64,000 nt of DNA from NCBI GenBank assembly GCA_965218695.1, contig OZ244651.1, positions 192,001 through 256,000 of the forward strand. Direction: 5' to 3'. The notes under the pieces are model-generated. The model was given only the letters and a program-made list of their open reading frames with translations. It was not told the DNA's origin and did not search any database. Source of the DNA: Nitrosopumilus sp. Lineage in GTDB: Archaea > Thermoproteota > Nitrososphaeria > Nitrososphaerales > Nitrosopumilaceae. The position numbers and the translations under genes were made by a program. The first letter of the stretch is position 1, and each line of letters starts with the position of its first letter. Of this stretch, positions 20,523 through 31,698 are shown piece after piece.

Positions 20523-21417
20523 GTCCCACCATGTCCGTTATCCTGGCAATGTCCATCTCTGTCATGTACTGTAATATGCCGCCGTTGATCTCGTCAAATA
20601 TGTTGATCCATCTGTCTCCCACTGCGCTTCCAATCTGGACTGCGCATGCTCCTGCCAGAAGAAACTCGACGGCATCCTCCCACGATGATATGCCACCGCA
20701 TCCGATGACAGGGATGTCGTACTTGGAGACTATCTCATAGACGCAGCGCAGCGCGATCTGCTTGATAGGGGTTCCGGAGAGCCCCCCGAACCCATTGCTG
20801 AGAATGGGCCTCTGTGTTCTGACATCAATTGCAATGGATCGGACAGTGTTTATGGCAGTTATTGCATCAATTCCCGCGCTGATGGCAGTCCCTACGGTAT
20901 CAAGGTAGTGTGTCGTGCCTAGGCCCACTTTTGCAATGACTGGCACGTCAGATGCGCCCTTGACTGCAGTCACGATATCCTCTACCAGCCTTGGGTCATC
21001 GCCTACCTCCAGTCCGACCTTCTCCACATGCGGACATGACAGGTTCAGCTCGTATGCCGTAACCCTGCAACCCTTAAACCGGGAGATCATCGTCTCAAAC
21101 TCCTCCGGGACGGAACCCACAAGACTTACAATTATTGGAACATCCTGGTTGGGTCTGATAATTTCTGCAAATGCCGTCGCTCCAGGATTGGACAGCCCTA
21201 CTGCATTGATCCATCCTCCCCCCTTTACGCTGATTATGGTGGGGTTGGAGTATCCCTCCCACGGCTCATTACTCAGGGACTTTGTTACAACTGCACCTGC
21301 CCCCGAACGGTACAGCCTGTCAAAGACATCCATGGAGATTCCAAGGATGCCTGATGCCAGTATCACCGGTCTGTCCAGTCGTATTGTGCCTATGCAGGTT
21401 GCTAAGCTGGGCTCCAC
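20506..21417 (-). CDS. pyrD: Dihydroorotate dehydrogenase catalytic subunit (start reassigned to GTG 21417)
   Basis: LASG, VTKS, NAVGLSNPG, ELNLSCP and GGLSG. Confidence 0.92.
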   Translation of the reverse strand: MEPSLATCIGTIRLDRPVILASGILGISMDVFDRLYRSGAGAVVTKSLSNEPWEGYSNPTIISVKGGGWINAVGLSNPGATAFAEIIRPNQDVPIIVSLVGSVPEEFETMISRFKGCRVTAYELNLSCPHVEKVGLEVGDDPRLVEDIVTAVKGASDVPVIAKVGLGTTHYLDTVGTAISAGIDAITAINTVRSIAIDVRTQRPILSNGFGGLSGTPIKQIALRCVYEIVSKYDIPVIGCGGISSWEDAVEFLLAGACAVQIGSAVGDRWINIFDEINGGILQYMTEMDIARITDMVGLAQGS

Positions 21418-22364
21418 CTTGTTCAATTGGCTTGGCTTTGAATATAACAGTTGTTTGCGCGTTATGTCAAAGGCAGTGGTCAAGTCCAAACCCATGGAGT
21501 TGTGGGCATGGCTGTGGAGATGTTTATGGATGGAATGGTGCCAGATCATATCATTCTCTTGCCCCCGAACATCCAGAAGATGGTCTGGGATACCGATCTC
21601 TAAGATACCGCCTACCTCATGCTGATAGACATGGGAACAGGAAGGTGCAGATCTGATTGGATGAATACTGCACAGGTCCCAATGGGCTGTGGCGACTTGC
21701 TGTTTTTTACGAGGTTGGTGAATACATGATAACCCTACCCACCCACCACATGTGGCGGGCTGACCCCTAATTACGCATGGTCGCAAAGACCTGGTTGTTG
21801 AATGGGGCTATCCAAGCTGCTGTGTTACTGGACTCCGAGTCATGATAGATGTATGCAGCTACCGGCCTGTCACACAAAAAAAGGGAGGTGAAAGAAATAG
21901 AAAAGAGTATTGGAATTGACATAGGAAAGAGAAAATGTGTAACGTGTATAATGGATCACAAGGGGACAATCCTGGAAAAGTCATCGTACAACAACACGTC
22001 CCGGGAGGCATTGGAGTTTGCAGCATATCTAAAGGCCACATACGGCCAGTGCAAAGCAGTCTGCGAATCCACCGGAAACCACTGGATTAAGACTGCAGAC
22101 GCCTTTGAATCCGCCGGAGTCCCGCTGACGCTTGCCAATCCGTTCAAGGTCAAGGCAATCGCATGGGCCAAAATAAAAAACGACACCATAGACGCAAGAA
22201 CGCTTGCCAACCTGCTGCGGGCAGACCTGGTTCCAGGCTGCCACATAGGTTCGGCCGAATCCAGGGGAATTAAGCAGGTCCTCAGGTACCAGATGACCCT
22301 AGTGCAGGACCGGACAAAAGTGATCAACTTTGTGCACACGCTGACAGACAAATACGACATAAAT

Positions 22365-24015
22365 GTAACTGCATAGTTTTTTGATCAAATGTTGAACTCC
22401 ATGCCTACGCGCGTCTATGCAGTTTTTTGACGTGGAGCCAGGCCCTCGCGCAGGATCGTGCCAAGATCATCTCCCCTTGCCTTGCATGTCTGCTTGATGC
22501 TCATCAGCGTGGCAATGGCATCTGCGCCATCCTTGGATCTGCTCCCGTTGCTGTTCTTGCGCAGGATGACGCACGGCCTGATGGCCCGCTCTGCCCGGTT
22601 GTTGTGGTATTCGACGCCGTCTGTCTCCAGAAACGCAAACAGGTGATCCCTTTCCCGCACCAGCCTCTTGCGCATCCTGTTGCAGTGCTTGCAGTCGCGG
22701 TCCTTTTCGAGCCTGCCGATAAGTGACGCGATACGACGATCCAGCCTCTTCTTTGCGGCAAGCGCGTCTGCCCCTCCCGGAACGGCGCCGTCGATGTGCG
22801 AGTCCCACAGTATCGCGCGCAGCGTCCTTGCGTGACGCTTGTAGTCGTAGCCGGGATTCTTGTATTTCAGGGTGTCCTTGATGTCCCGGGCGTAATGAAG
22901 GTGGCACTTTTGGTGTTCGGATCCGATGACGTTCCACGCGGCCCACGAGTCAGACGTGACGCATCCCGGGTAGTCCTTGCCGAGCATCTTTTTTGGAACC
23001 TTCGAGTTCCTGTGGCGGTGCACCTCGTAGATTACGGCGTACCTGGCTACAGCCACCCACAGCCAGTAGTTCGTGCCGTCGACGCGCCAGATTGTCTCGT
23101 CCCCGTTTATCGCACGCGAGTTTCTTACCTCCTCCTTGATCTTCTCGTACAGCGGCCCGAGCTCCCGGGCCATCCTGCACACCATGCGGTTTATCGCAGA
23201 TTCCGTGATTCTTGCCGAGTACATCATCATGACAATATTGCATATTCTGAGGTCTGACATGCCGTGCAGCCGGAGGATGACCATCATTATCATAAAGTTG
23301 ATCCCGTACCTGGAGTTTGGCAGTGCCAGCGGAGTCCTGCCGGACACGGTCCTCTTGCAGTTCCTGCAACGCCTTCTCTTTAGTCACCTTGATGTGCTTT
23401 AGTTCCGTCTTGGCAGCCTCCCTTACCACCTTTGTGTACGTGGACACGCATTCTGAGAGGTCGGAGCTGCCGCAGTTGTCGCACGTGTGGGGATCTGCCG
23501 TCTCCTCTGCGTCTATTCTTTCAGGACGCGCAAGGCCCGTGCGTTTGTGGTCACTTGGCTTGCCCTTGCCCTTGCCCTTGCCCTTGCCCTTGCCCTTTGC
23601 GCGGCGCCGGGTACTGCCGGTCTTTTTGTCCGGTTTTGCGCCGATGCTCCTTGCAACGGCAGCCGATATGATGCCCTTTGCCTCCTGCAACTCTGCCGTG
23701 AGATCCTGGATCTGTTTGAGGGCGGCAGCGTAAAGATCAGCGAGTTTGGCCATCTGCCGGTCTTTTTCGGCCATCTGCCGGTCTTTTTCGGCCATCTGCT
23801 CTGCCATCACACCCACTTTTTCCTCCAGTTCTGCAATCCTTGACTCGGAATTATCATCAGACATATGCAAACCGTGGGCAACAATGATCTAAAAATTAGG
23901 ACGGAGAGAAAAACTCGATCAAGTGATCAAAAATAGTTTTAAAAAATTAGACAGACGCGGATTTTCTGATTGTAGATATGGAGTTCAACATTTGATCAAA
24001 AAACTACACAGATAC
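22365..24015 (-). mobile_element. Single-ORF IS66-like element with ~38-bp TIRs
   Basis: GTAACTGCATAGTTTTTTGATCAAATGTTGAACTCCAT and its inverse; 8-bp TSD ACATAAAT (22357-22364, 24016-24023). Confidence 0.92.
22415..23870 (-). pseudogene. IS66-family transposase, frameshifted near 23375
   Basis: Coiled coil and first CxxC in one frame; CRNC, GDETIW, QKCHLH and NNRAERAIR in another. Confidence 0.82.
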
Positions 24016-24623
24016 ACATAAATCCAAAAAATGCAGGGACCAGCGTCTGGAGACCAAAGGTCCTAAAGTACCTTGAAGGAGCAGACATGAAGAATTTCAG
24101 GGACAGGTTTGTTCTGGACGGCTGCATATCGCAGATACGGTACTACAACGACGAGATAAAAAAGACCGAAGACGAGATCAAGTGCTACGTCCGAGACGCC
24201 CATGCCCCGAAGATACTGCTGAGCATGACGGGAATGAACGTGTTTTCTGCTGCACTGCTGGCAGCAGAGATCGACACCATCGAAAGGTTTGAGAACCCAA
24301 AAAAGCTCGTATCCTGGGCAGGCATGTGCCCGACGCTTCACCAGTCAGGCGACACGCTATACCACGGCAGGATGAAAAAGGACTCGAACCGGAAGGTCAA
24401 CTGGATCATGATCCAGTGTGCGCTTGTGGCAGTGTTCCATGACGCAAGGATGAAGGAACACTACACGCGCCTCCTGAAGAGGCACAAGCACCACATCGCC
24501 ATAACGCACGTCGCAAACAAGATGCTGACGATCATCTGGCACATGCTGACAGAAGGCAACCTGTACGAGGACAGAAACGAGAAACTGTACCGCGCCAAGA
24601 TCAAGGAAGTTATGAAGGCGTAG

Positions 24624-24903
24624 ACGCAGAACCGGCAATGTCCGTAGACGATGATGCCTGATCTAGCGGATGCTGTGCACAAATTATGGGAATGGCGGGT
24701 GTTTTTACATGAATGCTGGGGGGCCAGCCCCCCAGACCCCCCGAAGGAGGATTATGCATGTCACGCCGCGGGACAAAAGCCGCATTTTTGCGGATCTGGT
24801 AGGATCCTGCATGCAGGTAACGCTTAAGAAGTCAAAAAACATACCCAAGGTGACAAGTTGGACGCAAAACCTGGATAAGTCCGGGGATGGGTTAACATAG
24901 ATG
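24624..24903 (+). ncRNA. Candidate IS110/IS1111 bridge (seek) RNA region, 3' non-coding end
   Basis: ~280-bp non-coding end with blocks conserved in 4 copies, GC hairpins and segments complementary to the insertion target; transcription not shown. Confidence 0.55.
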
Positions 24904-24971
24904 CGTAATTCTTCTGACCGCCTAGTCTAGTCCGATACGTTCAATGATCCCATGATCGCCCGCACGCGATA

Positions 24972-25981
24972 ATGATCAAACACAACAGACGGGAAAGATA
25001 CTGACAGTACTACGAACTTGCAAACGAAGTCGAGGCATCCCACCTGAGGAGGACGCTGATTGAAATGATTCTTGAGAACCCCTGCCCGCGCTCCGAAAAC
25101 GACAACAGGGGCCGTCCTCGGATTCACTCCAAGGACAAGCTGGATTTTGCCTGCCTGCCTGCCTGCTGATGAGGGCATACAACAACACATTCCGCAGGAT
25201 CGAGTCAGACCTGCACGACATGCGGACTCCCTGGGACGGCGAACCCGTGCCGGATCACACCACGATAGTCAGGCACCTCCAGATCATCCCGCCAGACTGG
25301 ATGGATTTGGTGCTGGCCGAGACTGCTCGCCGATGCATCGCCGGGGCGTCCGGGGCAACCGGACCGCTGGCTGCAGACAGCAGCGGAGTGGAGACTACCC
25401 GGTACGAGGACATCGAAAAACCCTGCAAAAGGGAGCGCGATTTCGTCGAGATGCGCCAAAAGGCCTACTGGAAATACCACGTAACGGCCATCATGGGGCT
25501 ACAGATCGTGCTGGCCGCGTTTGGCACGCCTGGCAACGTCAACGACGTCACGATGCTGCCAGTCATGCTGGCAGAGATCAGGCGCCGCGGGTATGACTTT
25601 TCGGGGCGCGTCTTTGATGCGGACCGCGGGTATGACGCCGACTACAACTTCAAGGAGCTGTTCTGGATGGGCATGACGCCCAACATCAAGCAGAGAAAGG
25701 ACGCCGTCAGCAGGGGCAAGCCAAGCAGGAAGAAGGCAGCCGGGCTGTTTGACTCGCACGAGTACAGGACAAGAGCCCTGGTGGAAGGCATATTCGGGGC
25801 CGAGGAGAGCCGGCGGCACCAGCTTCACTGCAGGTTCGTGCGCGAAGACAATCGGCGCCGGTTTGCCAAGGGACGAGCAATCTCATGGAACATCCGGATC
25901 CTCAACCGGTTTAAGTGTGCCTGCCGGCTAAATATACCGATACCGTCCTACGGCGGTTCGGCTCGCACGGAGTGCGCCTGA
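24972..25981 (+). pseudogene. IS5-family transposase with the same TGA and GCCT frameshift as 3613-4622
   Basis: Appears identical to copy 1 by eye, including both lesions. Confidence 0.85.
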
Positions 25982-26200
25982 TGATCCAACCCGTCCGTAT
26001 CTGACCCCGTCCGTGAGAATGCGGCGGGAAATATTCAGATTAGGACATATCGGAATTATGCACCAACCTCGTTTTTCAGTAGATGGAAATGTGTTTTTTC
26101 AGGACAACCTGATCTTGCCGCGTTCCTTATGATCACTAGGCGTTCGCCATTATTAGACTCTGGGTGTTAAAAATGGAGCGCGCGAGTCTTACACGTTCAA

Positions 26201-27346
26201 ATGAAAAACAAGCAATCGCTCCAAATACAGTCCGCCGAATCTGCATATAAGATCATCGGCCCCGTACTGTTTTCCCTGTTGCAGATCAAGTTCTCAGACA
26301 GGTACAACGCCCTATACGGACCGGTCCACTTTTTTGAACGCTTGTTTGGCATGTGCAGGCACACCGAATACGCAGAGACTGCATGGTCCAGCGACCCGGA
26401 CGGCGGGACGGGCATTCCCACGGGCAGGTGGCTGCTTGACAGGATACGCCATATCCGGTACGACTACATGTTAAAGCGGTGCCAGGCAATAACGGATCGC
26501 ACCGTGCGCAGGATGAGGCGGCACGGCATGTTCAGGGAGCCGGTGGACATTGCAATCGACAAACACCTGGTCTGCAGGTACGACAGGTTCCGGAGGATCG
26601 TCAACACCATAAAGTCAAAACCAAAAAAGGGAACGTACAACTTTAACTGCCTGGCGACTGCAAACTGCATCGTGGCAGGCTCCAGGGCGTTTCTGGCAGC
26701 CCGGCTGGTCAGAAGGGGAGATACAGACCTCGAGGTGGTCTCAGGACTGATAGCAGACTGCAGAAGGCAGGGGATAAGGATCAAGTCACTAAAGATAGAC
26801 CGGGAGTTCTTTTCTGTGGACATCATTAACATGCTGGAGCGTGAAGGGATCCCGTTCATGGTGCCTGCAATCAAGACCAAGGGCGTCAAAAAAGCCGTAG
26901 AGGAGTTCAAAGACGGCGGGAAGGCGACGGTGTCGCGGCATTCCATAGATTCGGGACGCGATACTGCCGAGTTTACACTGATAATCCAAAAGAGGAAGAA
27001 CGGCCACTTTACGCTTGCCACCAACGCCACGGTGCCGCAGGTGCTGGGGTTCGAGTCCAGCAACGGCCTGACAGGCGCACACGGATTCGCAGAACAGTAC
27101 CGTCTCCGCTGGGGAGTGGAGACTGCGTACAGCAACTACGAGTCACTCAGGCCCCGCACCACGAGCAGGAACGAGTCGGTGCGCATGCTGCTGCTGTTCT
27201 TCCCGATATTCATTTACAACGCCTGGGCGCTGGTCCGCCACCTGCTCCGGATCTCATTCCACGGCAGGCACATGACGCTCATAAAGATGCTCAGGCTGTT
27301 TCTCAGGTTCATGAAAGAGTTGGGCCTGGCCGAACCACCCACGTGA
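26201..27346 (+). CDS. ISH3/IS4-like DDE transposase
   Basis: IAIDKH, IDREFFS and YRLRWGVETAY. Confidence 0.9.
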   Translation: MKNKQSLQIQSAESAYKIIGPVLFSLLQIKFSDRYNALYGPVHFFERLFGMCRHTEYAETAWSSDPDGGTGIPTGRWLLDRIRHIRYDYMLKRCQAITDRTVRRMRRHGMFREPVDIAIDKHLVCRYDRFRRIVNTIKSKPKKGTYNFNCLATANCIVAGSRAFLAARLVRRGDTDLEVVSGLIADCRRQGIRIKSLKIDREFFSVDIINMLEREGIPFMVPAIKTKGVKKAVEEFKDGGKATVSRHSIDSGRDTAEFTLIIQKRKNGHFTLATNATVPQVLGFESSNGLTGAHGFAEQYRLRWGVETAYSNYESLRPRTTSRNESVRMLLLFFPIFIYNAWALVRHLLRISFHGRHMTLIKMLRLFLRFMKELGLAEPPT

Positions 27347-27542
27347 ATTGTGTTTCTTGACGCATTCGTATGCAAGTGCCGGCCGCAAGGCTGCGCGGAC
27401 ATGCAGCAACCGGTGCCGGGGTGCCAACGGAATGTGCGCAGGACAGTCAACTGGGATTATCTTTCGGATTTGTGGGCAGCTGGTTGTTAATCATGGGTTT
27501 GATAAAGGGGGTGTCAGGCATGTGCAATTAGACACATTTCCA

Positions 27543-29734
27543 GTACGCGTTCACCTCCCCCCTTGCCAATTCCACGCTAGTCGGGATGTCATACATGGGC
27601 ATGTGATTGACTCCATCATGGAATCATCCACCAGAAGACACGTCGGTGTGAAAATGTATGGCAATGCCATCCTGCAGGCAGGCCTGAGGCTTTTTGCGGC
27701 ATGATCTGCGATGCATCCTGCCTAAGCCAAATGGTGCGGCAACGATCCGGATCTGCGGGATGTCGTGGCACGGTTATTTGAGATTCGGAAATATCGGGGG
27801 CGGTATTCCGGACCCGAACATGTCCTGCGAGGCATCGGCAGTCACCGCGTCCCCCGAGAACATTCCAAGCTTTTCTGCCGTGGCGTGAATCGTCTGGAGT
27901 TTGGCAAAAGTGTCGGCTGCCTTCCAGTTGGGAAACGCGTGGTGTATGTCGCGCGGCCTTACGATGTGCGTTCGTACGGCCCTCTCGCACGCGTTGTTGT
28001 TGCCGTCCATTCCAGGATGCCTGATAAACTCTGTAAGGTATGGCGCGGCGCGTTCAAGCGAGCCTGCAAAATCGCGGCTCTTCTCGTCTGAGACGCATCC
28101 GTTGCGGCAGGCATCGACGAGCGTCAGGATGCGTTTTTGCAGGGAATCCTGGCTTGATTTGACGTATTCTTCCAGTCCCGGGGTGTTTTTGACGAGTCGG
28201 CCTGCGTCGCAGGCCGACTCTTCTGCCCTGCCGGCCATCTCGAGTGCATTCCTTGCGGCGGTCTTGGCGTCCCGATATATCTTGAGCAGCGTCACGTACC
28301 ACGCATACTCGAAGGAATTGACTCCGTGGCGTATGGCCAGGCCCTCGCACTTGCGAACCACGTGGACAAAGCACGTCTGAAAGTCCCCCTCAAGGGCGTT
28401 GCCGGCACGGTACATGTCTGCCACGAACGGCCTGTTCAGCACCATCCAAAGCACGTCCCTCATGGTCTCCTTGGTCTTGTCAGGCCTGATGCATACCAGC
28501 ACGCAGTATTTTGAGATCAGTAGTATGGCCTGCACGTTCTTTCCTGCGACCTTTTCGCCGGACTCGTCTTCGGACACGCTTGGCGCCATGCTCATCTTTT
28601 CTGTTATCTGCGTGATGAGCGGCCGCCTCATCAGGCCGTTCCATGCGGTATGGCCGCCGGCGTCGGGTTCGGGGCGCGCAGGCGTGGGGAACGGCGCCCC
28701 GAACAAGGGAGACGGCATGTCCTCCTTTGGCTCCGGCAGCCTCGGGGCGTCTCCGAGGCTGCCGCGCGTTGCTATTGCCTCTAGGGCGTGGGATATGCAC
28801 CCCAGTGATGCCCTGATGCCGTGGTTTGATGCCAGCAGGTACTGCATGCTTCTGAGCGAAACCGATACCCTGTGCATGTTGGCAATCTTCTTTCTCAGGT
28901 TGGGGCCAAACCACGTTCCGGGAATCGAGTCCGCGTCAGGATACGTGACTGCCTGGCACGTGAGGCAGTACCCGGGCGCGATCATCTCGGCATAACAGAC
29001 TGGCTTGCCGGATTCGGTGACATCTATCACCGTCTTCCAAAAGGCATCCTCGGGCAGCATGTAGGTGCCGCCGCAGTTTTTGCACATGGGCGCACTGCAC
29101 ATCCTGATGTCAGCCGGCCTGCGGCCGTGGGAGACTCCCGGCTGACCCGGCCGGTGTCCGGGCTTTTTGCCCGTATCTGGGGCATCGCCCGTGTCTGCCC
29201 TTACCTGCGGATCACTTTTGAAGGCTCTTCGCTTCCGGGTAAACAGCACGGCGCCCCTGGATGAATGGTTCCAACTCTCGTGGACTGAAAGTTCCCGGGC
29301 CAGCTGCTTCTTCTCTGCCTTCAGGGTCCGGATCTCCTCTGCCTGGTGCGCCGTCTCCTCGATAACGACAGCCAGCGTCTTTCCGGTGGTTCCCAGAGAG
29401 GCTGCGACCAGGCCCAGCAGGATCTCCACGATTCCCCACACGCGGCGCAGCTCTGCCTGCAGTATGATCCTTTCGGATTTCGGGACAACCATTCAGGACT
29501 GCACCTGCATCCGCCGCGACGCCGTGCAGTTTGCATTCTTAAATACGGATTCTGCGTGTGTATATTGGCGCACGTGCGTGTGGGTCATGGTAATTCACAT
29601 CTCACGTGCAGCCGTTTTAATCACCTAATCTAAAAAATCTAATTTTGTTTGTAAATTCTGACCCATCCAATTGTCATATGTGCCAAAAGGCTCAACAGTG
29701 TCGCACCAAATGGAGGGGGGAGGTGAACGCGTAC
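27543..29734 (-). mobile_element. Single-ORF IS66-like element
   Basis: TIR GTACGCGTTCACCTCCCCC; 8-bp TSD CATTTCCA (27535-27542, 29735-29742). Confidence 0.92.
27774..29492 (-). CDS. IS66-family transposase (572 aa, with a Pro-rich insertion)
   Basis: PGHRPGQPG, two CxxC, DES, QTCFVH and NNNACERAVR. Confidence 0.85.
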   Translation of the reverse strand: MVVPKSERIILQAELRRVWGIVEILLGLVAASLGTTGKTLAVVIEETAHQAEEIRTLKAEKKQLARELSVHESWNHSSRGAVLFTRKRRAFKSDPQVRADTGDAPDTGKKPGHRPGQPGVSHGRRPADIRMCSAPMCKNCGGTYMLPEDAFWKTVIDVTESGKPVCYAEMIAPGYCLTCQAVTYPDADSIPGTWFGPNLRKKIANMHRVSVSLRSMQYLLASNHGIRASLGCISHALEAIATRGSLGDAPRLPEPKEDMPSPLFGAPFPTPARPEPDAGGHTAWNGLMRRPLITQITEKMSMAPSVSEDESGEKVAGKNVQAILLISKYCVLVCIRPDKTKETMRDVLWMVLNRPFVADMYRAGNALEGDFQTCFVHVVRKCEGLAIRHGVNSFEYAWYVTLLKIYRDAKTAARNALEMAGRAEESACDAGRLVKNTPGLEEYVKSSQDSLQKRILTLVDACRNGCVSDEKSRDFAGSLERAAPYLTEFIRHPGMDGNNNACERAVRTHIVRPRDIHHAFPNWKAADTFAKLQTIHATAEKLGMFSGDAVTADASQDMFGSGIPPPIFPNLK

Positions 29735-29763
29735 CATTTCCAACTACTGTTTTTTACGGTAAC

Positions 29764-29771
29764 TTTATAAG
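29764..29771 (+). promoter_or_regulatory. Putative radA TATA box TTTATAAG
   Basis: Consensus archaeal TATA ~22 bp upstream of the ATG. Confidence 0.7.
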
Positions 29772-29792
29772 TACGGTACCATACGGTATATC

Positions 29793-30914
29793 ATGGTAGA
29801 TGATATCAGACTCAATAGTTTGGAGGGCGTTGGCCCCGTAACTACAAGAAAGCTATCTGACGCAGGTATTCACAACGTTATGGATCTCATAGTAAGGGGT
29901 CCTGTGGAAATATCTGAGATAACCGGTATGGAGAGGGAGACTGCAGACAAGATTGTCAACAAGGCCAGACAGCATATGGTTGAAGGCGGAATGATTGCCA
30001 AGGATTTTGTTAGTGCAAGCGAGATCTACAAACACAGACAGAGCATCGGCAAGATTACAACCGGCACAAACTGCCTTGATACGTTGTTTGACGGCGGAGT
30101 TGAGACCCAGGCTCTGACAGAAGTCTATGGAGAGTTCGGATGCGGCAAGACACAATTTGCCCATACCATGTCTGTCATGGTTCAAAAAACCAAGGCGGAA
30201 GGCGGACTTGAGGGCGGTGTCTTGTATATTGACACTGAAAACACCTTCAGGCCCGAAAGAATCGTCTCGATTGCCCAGGCACATGAGATGGATCCAGAAA
30301 AGGTTCTAGACAACATCATCGTTGCACGTGCCTACAACAGCGCACACCAGACACTGATTCTAGAAGAGGCAGGTCAGGTAATTGAAGAGAACAACATCCG
30401 ACTGATCGTCGCAGATTCTGCAGTGGGGCTTTTCCGTTCCGAATATCTTGGAAGGGGAACGTTGTCCAACAGGCAACAAAAACTAAATCATTTTGTGCAC
30501 CTGTTGTCCCGAATTGCAGAGACATACAACTGTGCTGCAATTGCAACCAACCAGGTCATGGCATCCCCTGACGTCTTTTTTGGAGATCCAACACGTCCGA
30601 TTGGCGGAAACGTCGTTGCGCACACAAGCACCTACCGGATATACTTCAAGAAATCCGGCAAGAAGCGAATCGCCAGAATGGTCGACAGTCCTCACCACCC
30701 AGAGGAGGAGACAATATTTGCCCTAGGTGAGGCAGGCGTCGTGGATCTCGAAGAGACTGTCAAGAAGACCAAAAAGAGTACCAAAAAAGAGACTTCCAAA
30801 AAGTCCAATACTACGACATCCGATGAAACCGAATCCGAAAATGCTACTGCTGCTGCTGTGAGTGCAGAACCTGCAGCAGATCTCAGTGACGATGATCCTG
30901 AACCCATAGAGTAA
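29793..30914 (+). CDS. radA: DNA repair and recombination protein RadA
   Basis: N-terminal HhH, GEFGCGKTQ Walker A, YIDTENTFRPER and GGNVVAH. Confidence 0.96.
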   Translation: MVDDIRLNSLEGVGPVTTRKLSDAGIHNVMDLIVRGPVEISEITGMERETADKIVNKARQHMVEGGMIAKDFVSASEIYKHRQSIGKITTGTNCLDTLFDGGVETQALTEVYGEFGCGKTQFAHTMSVMVQKTKAEGGLEGGVLYIDTENTFRPERIVSIAQAHEMDPEKVLDNIIVARAYNSAHQTLILEEAGQVIEENNIRLIVADSAVGLFRSEYLGRGTLSNRQQKLNHFVHLLSRIAETYNCAAIATNQVMASPDVFFGDPTRPIGGNVVAHTSTYRIYFKKSGKKRIARMVDSPHHPEEETIFALGEAGVVDLEETVKKTKKSTKKETSKKSNTTTSDETESENATAAAVSAEPAADLSDDDPEPIE

Positions 30915-31197
30915 ACCACCCTCTTTTTATTTTATAATCAATTAGACCGGTCCCGCATGGCAGATTTCTTCCGGAATTGTTGAGGCCCGCATGGGGCAGA
31001 GTCATGATCCGGGACTTTTATCAAAGGATGCATTCTGGAATTCGGTCCTTTCGGTCATGCAATCCCTGCAGCAGCAGCATCCCGGTATATCCTATACACG
31101 GTATGGTGGCCGGTTCCTGCACGCCATTCCGATGTGCCATTACCTGGATGCCATCCAGAGGAAAAATATCTGCCATGTCTGTCCTCGGCTGTGAACC

Positions 31198-31689
31198 GGG
31201 GTTGTCGCATAAATCATGTTGAGCGTATGATCGTACGTCATTGACTCATACCGGCTAAGGATCACAAAGTGTGTCCCCTTTAATGAATCACAAGAGAAAG
31301 GCTAACTACTGGAATAGTTATCACAGGGCACACACTACTGAGCGCAACTTTCGGATAAAAATTATCGTGTCTTTGGTCGGGAGGAACCCGCCGCCGGCAA
31401 AACAGGGCAGTGGTAAACGCGGGAGACCCAGAATACACTCTGCAGAGAAGATGGCCTGCGTATGTGCCATCATGATCTTCGAGGGCCTCACGTTCAGGAA
31501 CGCGCAAAACTGCGTACCGGATGGTACCTTCCGTGGCACAAGCCGGTTCCGGACCATTCAACGATAGCGTGATTCCTTGAGACGATTCCAATCTGGTGAC
31601 TGGAACGAATCCTGAGGGAAGCTGCGCGTCAATGCATGGAGGCGGCAGGTACGACAGATTATGACTTGACGGATTTACGCGACCACCCC
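31198..31689 (+). mobile_element. Internally deleted, degenerate IS5-family element (492 bp) related to 44476-45624
   Basis: TIR GGGGTTGTCGCATAAAT / ATTTACGCGACCACCCC; 9-bp TSD CTGTGAACC; only a 5' transposase remnant remains. Confidence 0.85.
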
Positions 31690-31698
31690 CTGTGAACC

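Larger units (their letters stand above)
21849..24623 (+). pseudogene. IS110 transposase split by the IS66-like insertion at 22365-24015
   Basis: Halves match 925-2040 and rejoin across the TSD ACATAAAT. Confidence 0.9.
21721..24903 (+). mobile_element. IS110-family element, copy 2; transposase interrupted by IS66
   Basis: Same ends as 797-3544. Confidence 0.9.
21711..26070 (+). mobile_element. IS5-family non-autonomous element, copy 2; left TIR split by IS110
   Basis: Same TIRs as 787-4711; 9-bp TSD GTTTTTTAC (21702-21710; right copy split by the ISH3-like element). Confidence 0.88.
26077..29749 (+). mobile_element. ISH3/IS4-like element; right TIR interrupted by IS66
   Basis: TIR CAGTAGATGGAAATGTG / CACATTTCCA|ACTACTG; 5-bp TSD TTTTT. 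Confidence 0.88.

Noticed and set aside
23360-23390. Programmed frameshift in the IS66-like transposase
   Set aside because: It needs a +1 shift, no canonical slippery heptamer is visible, and sister elements are single ORFs.
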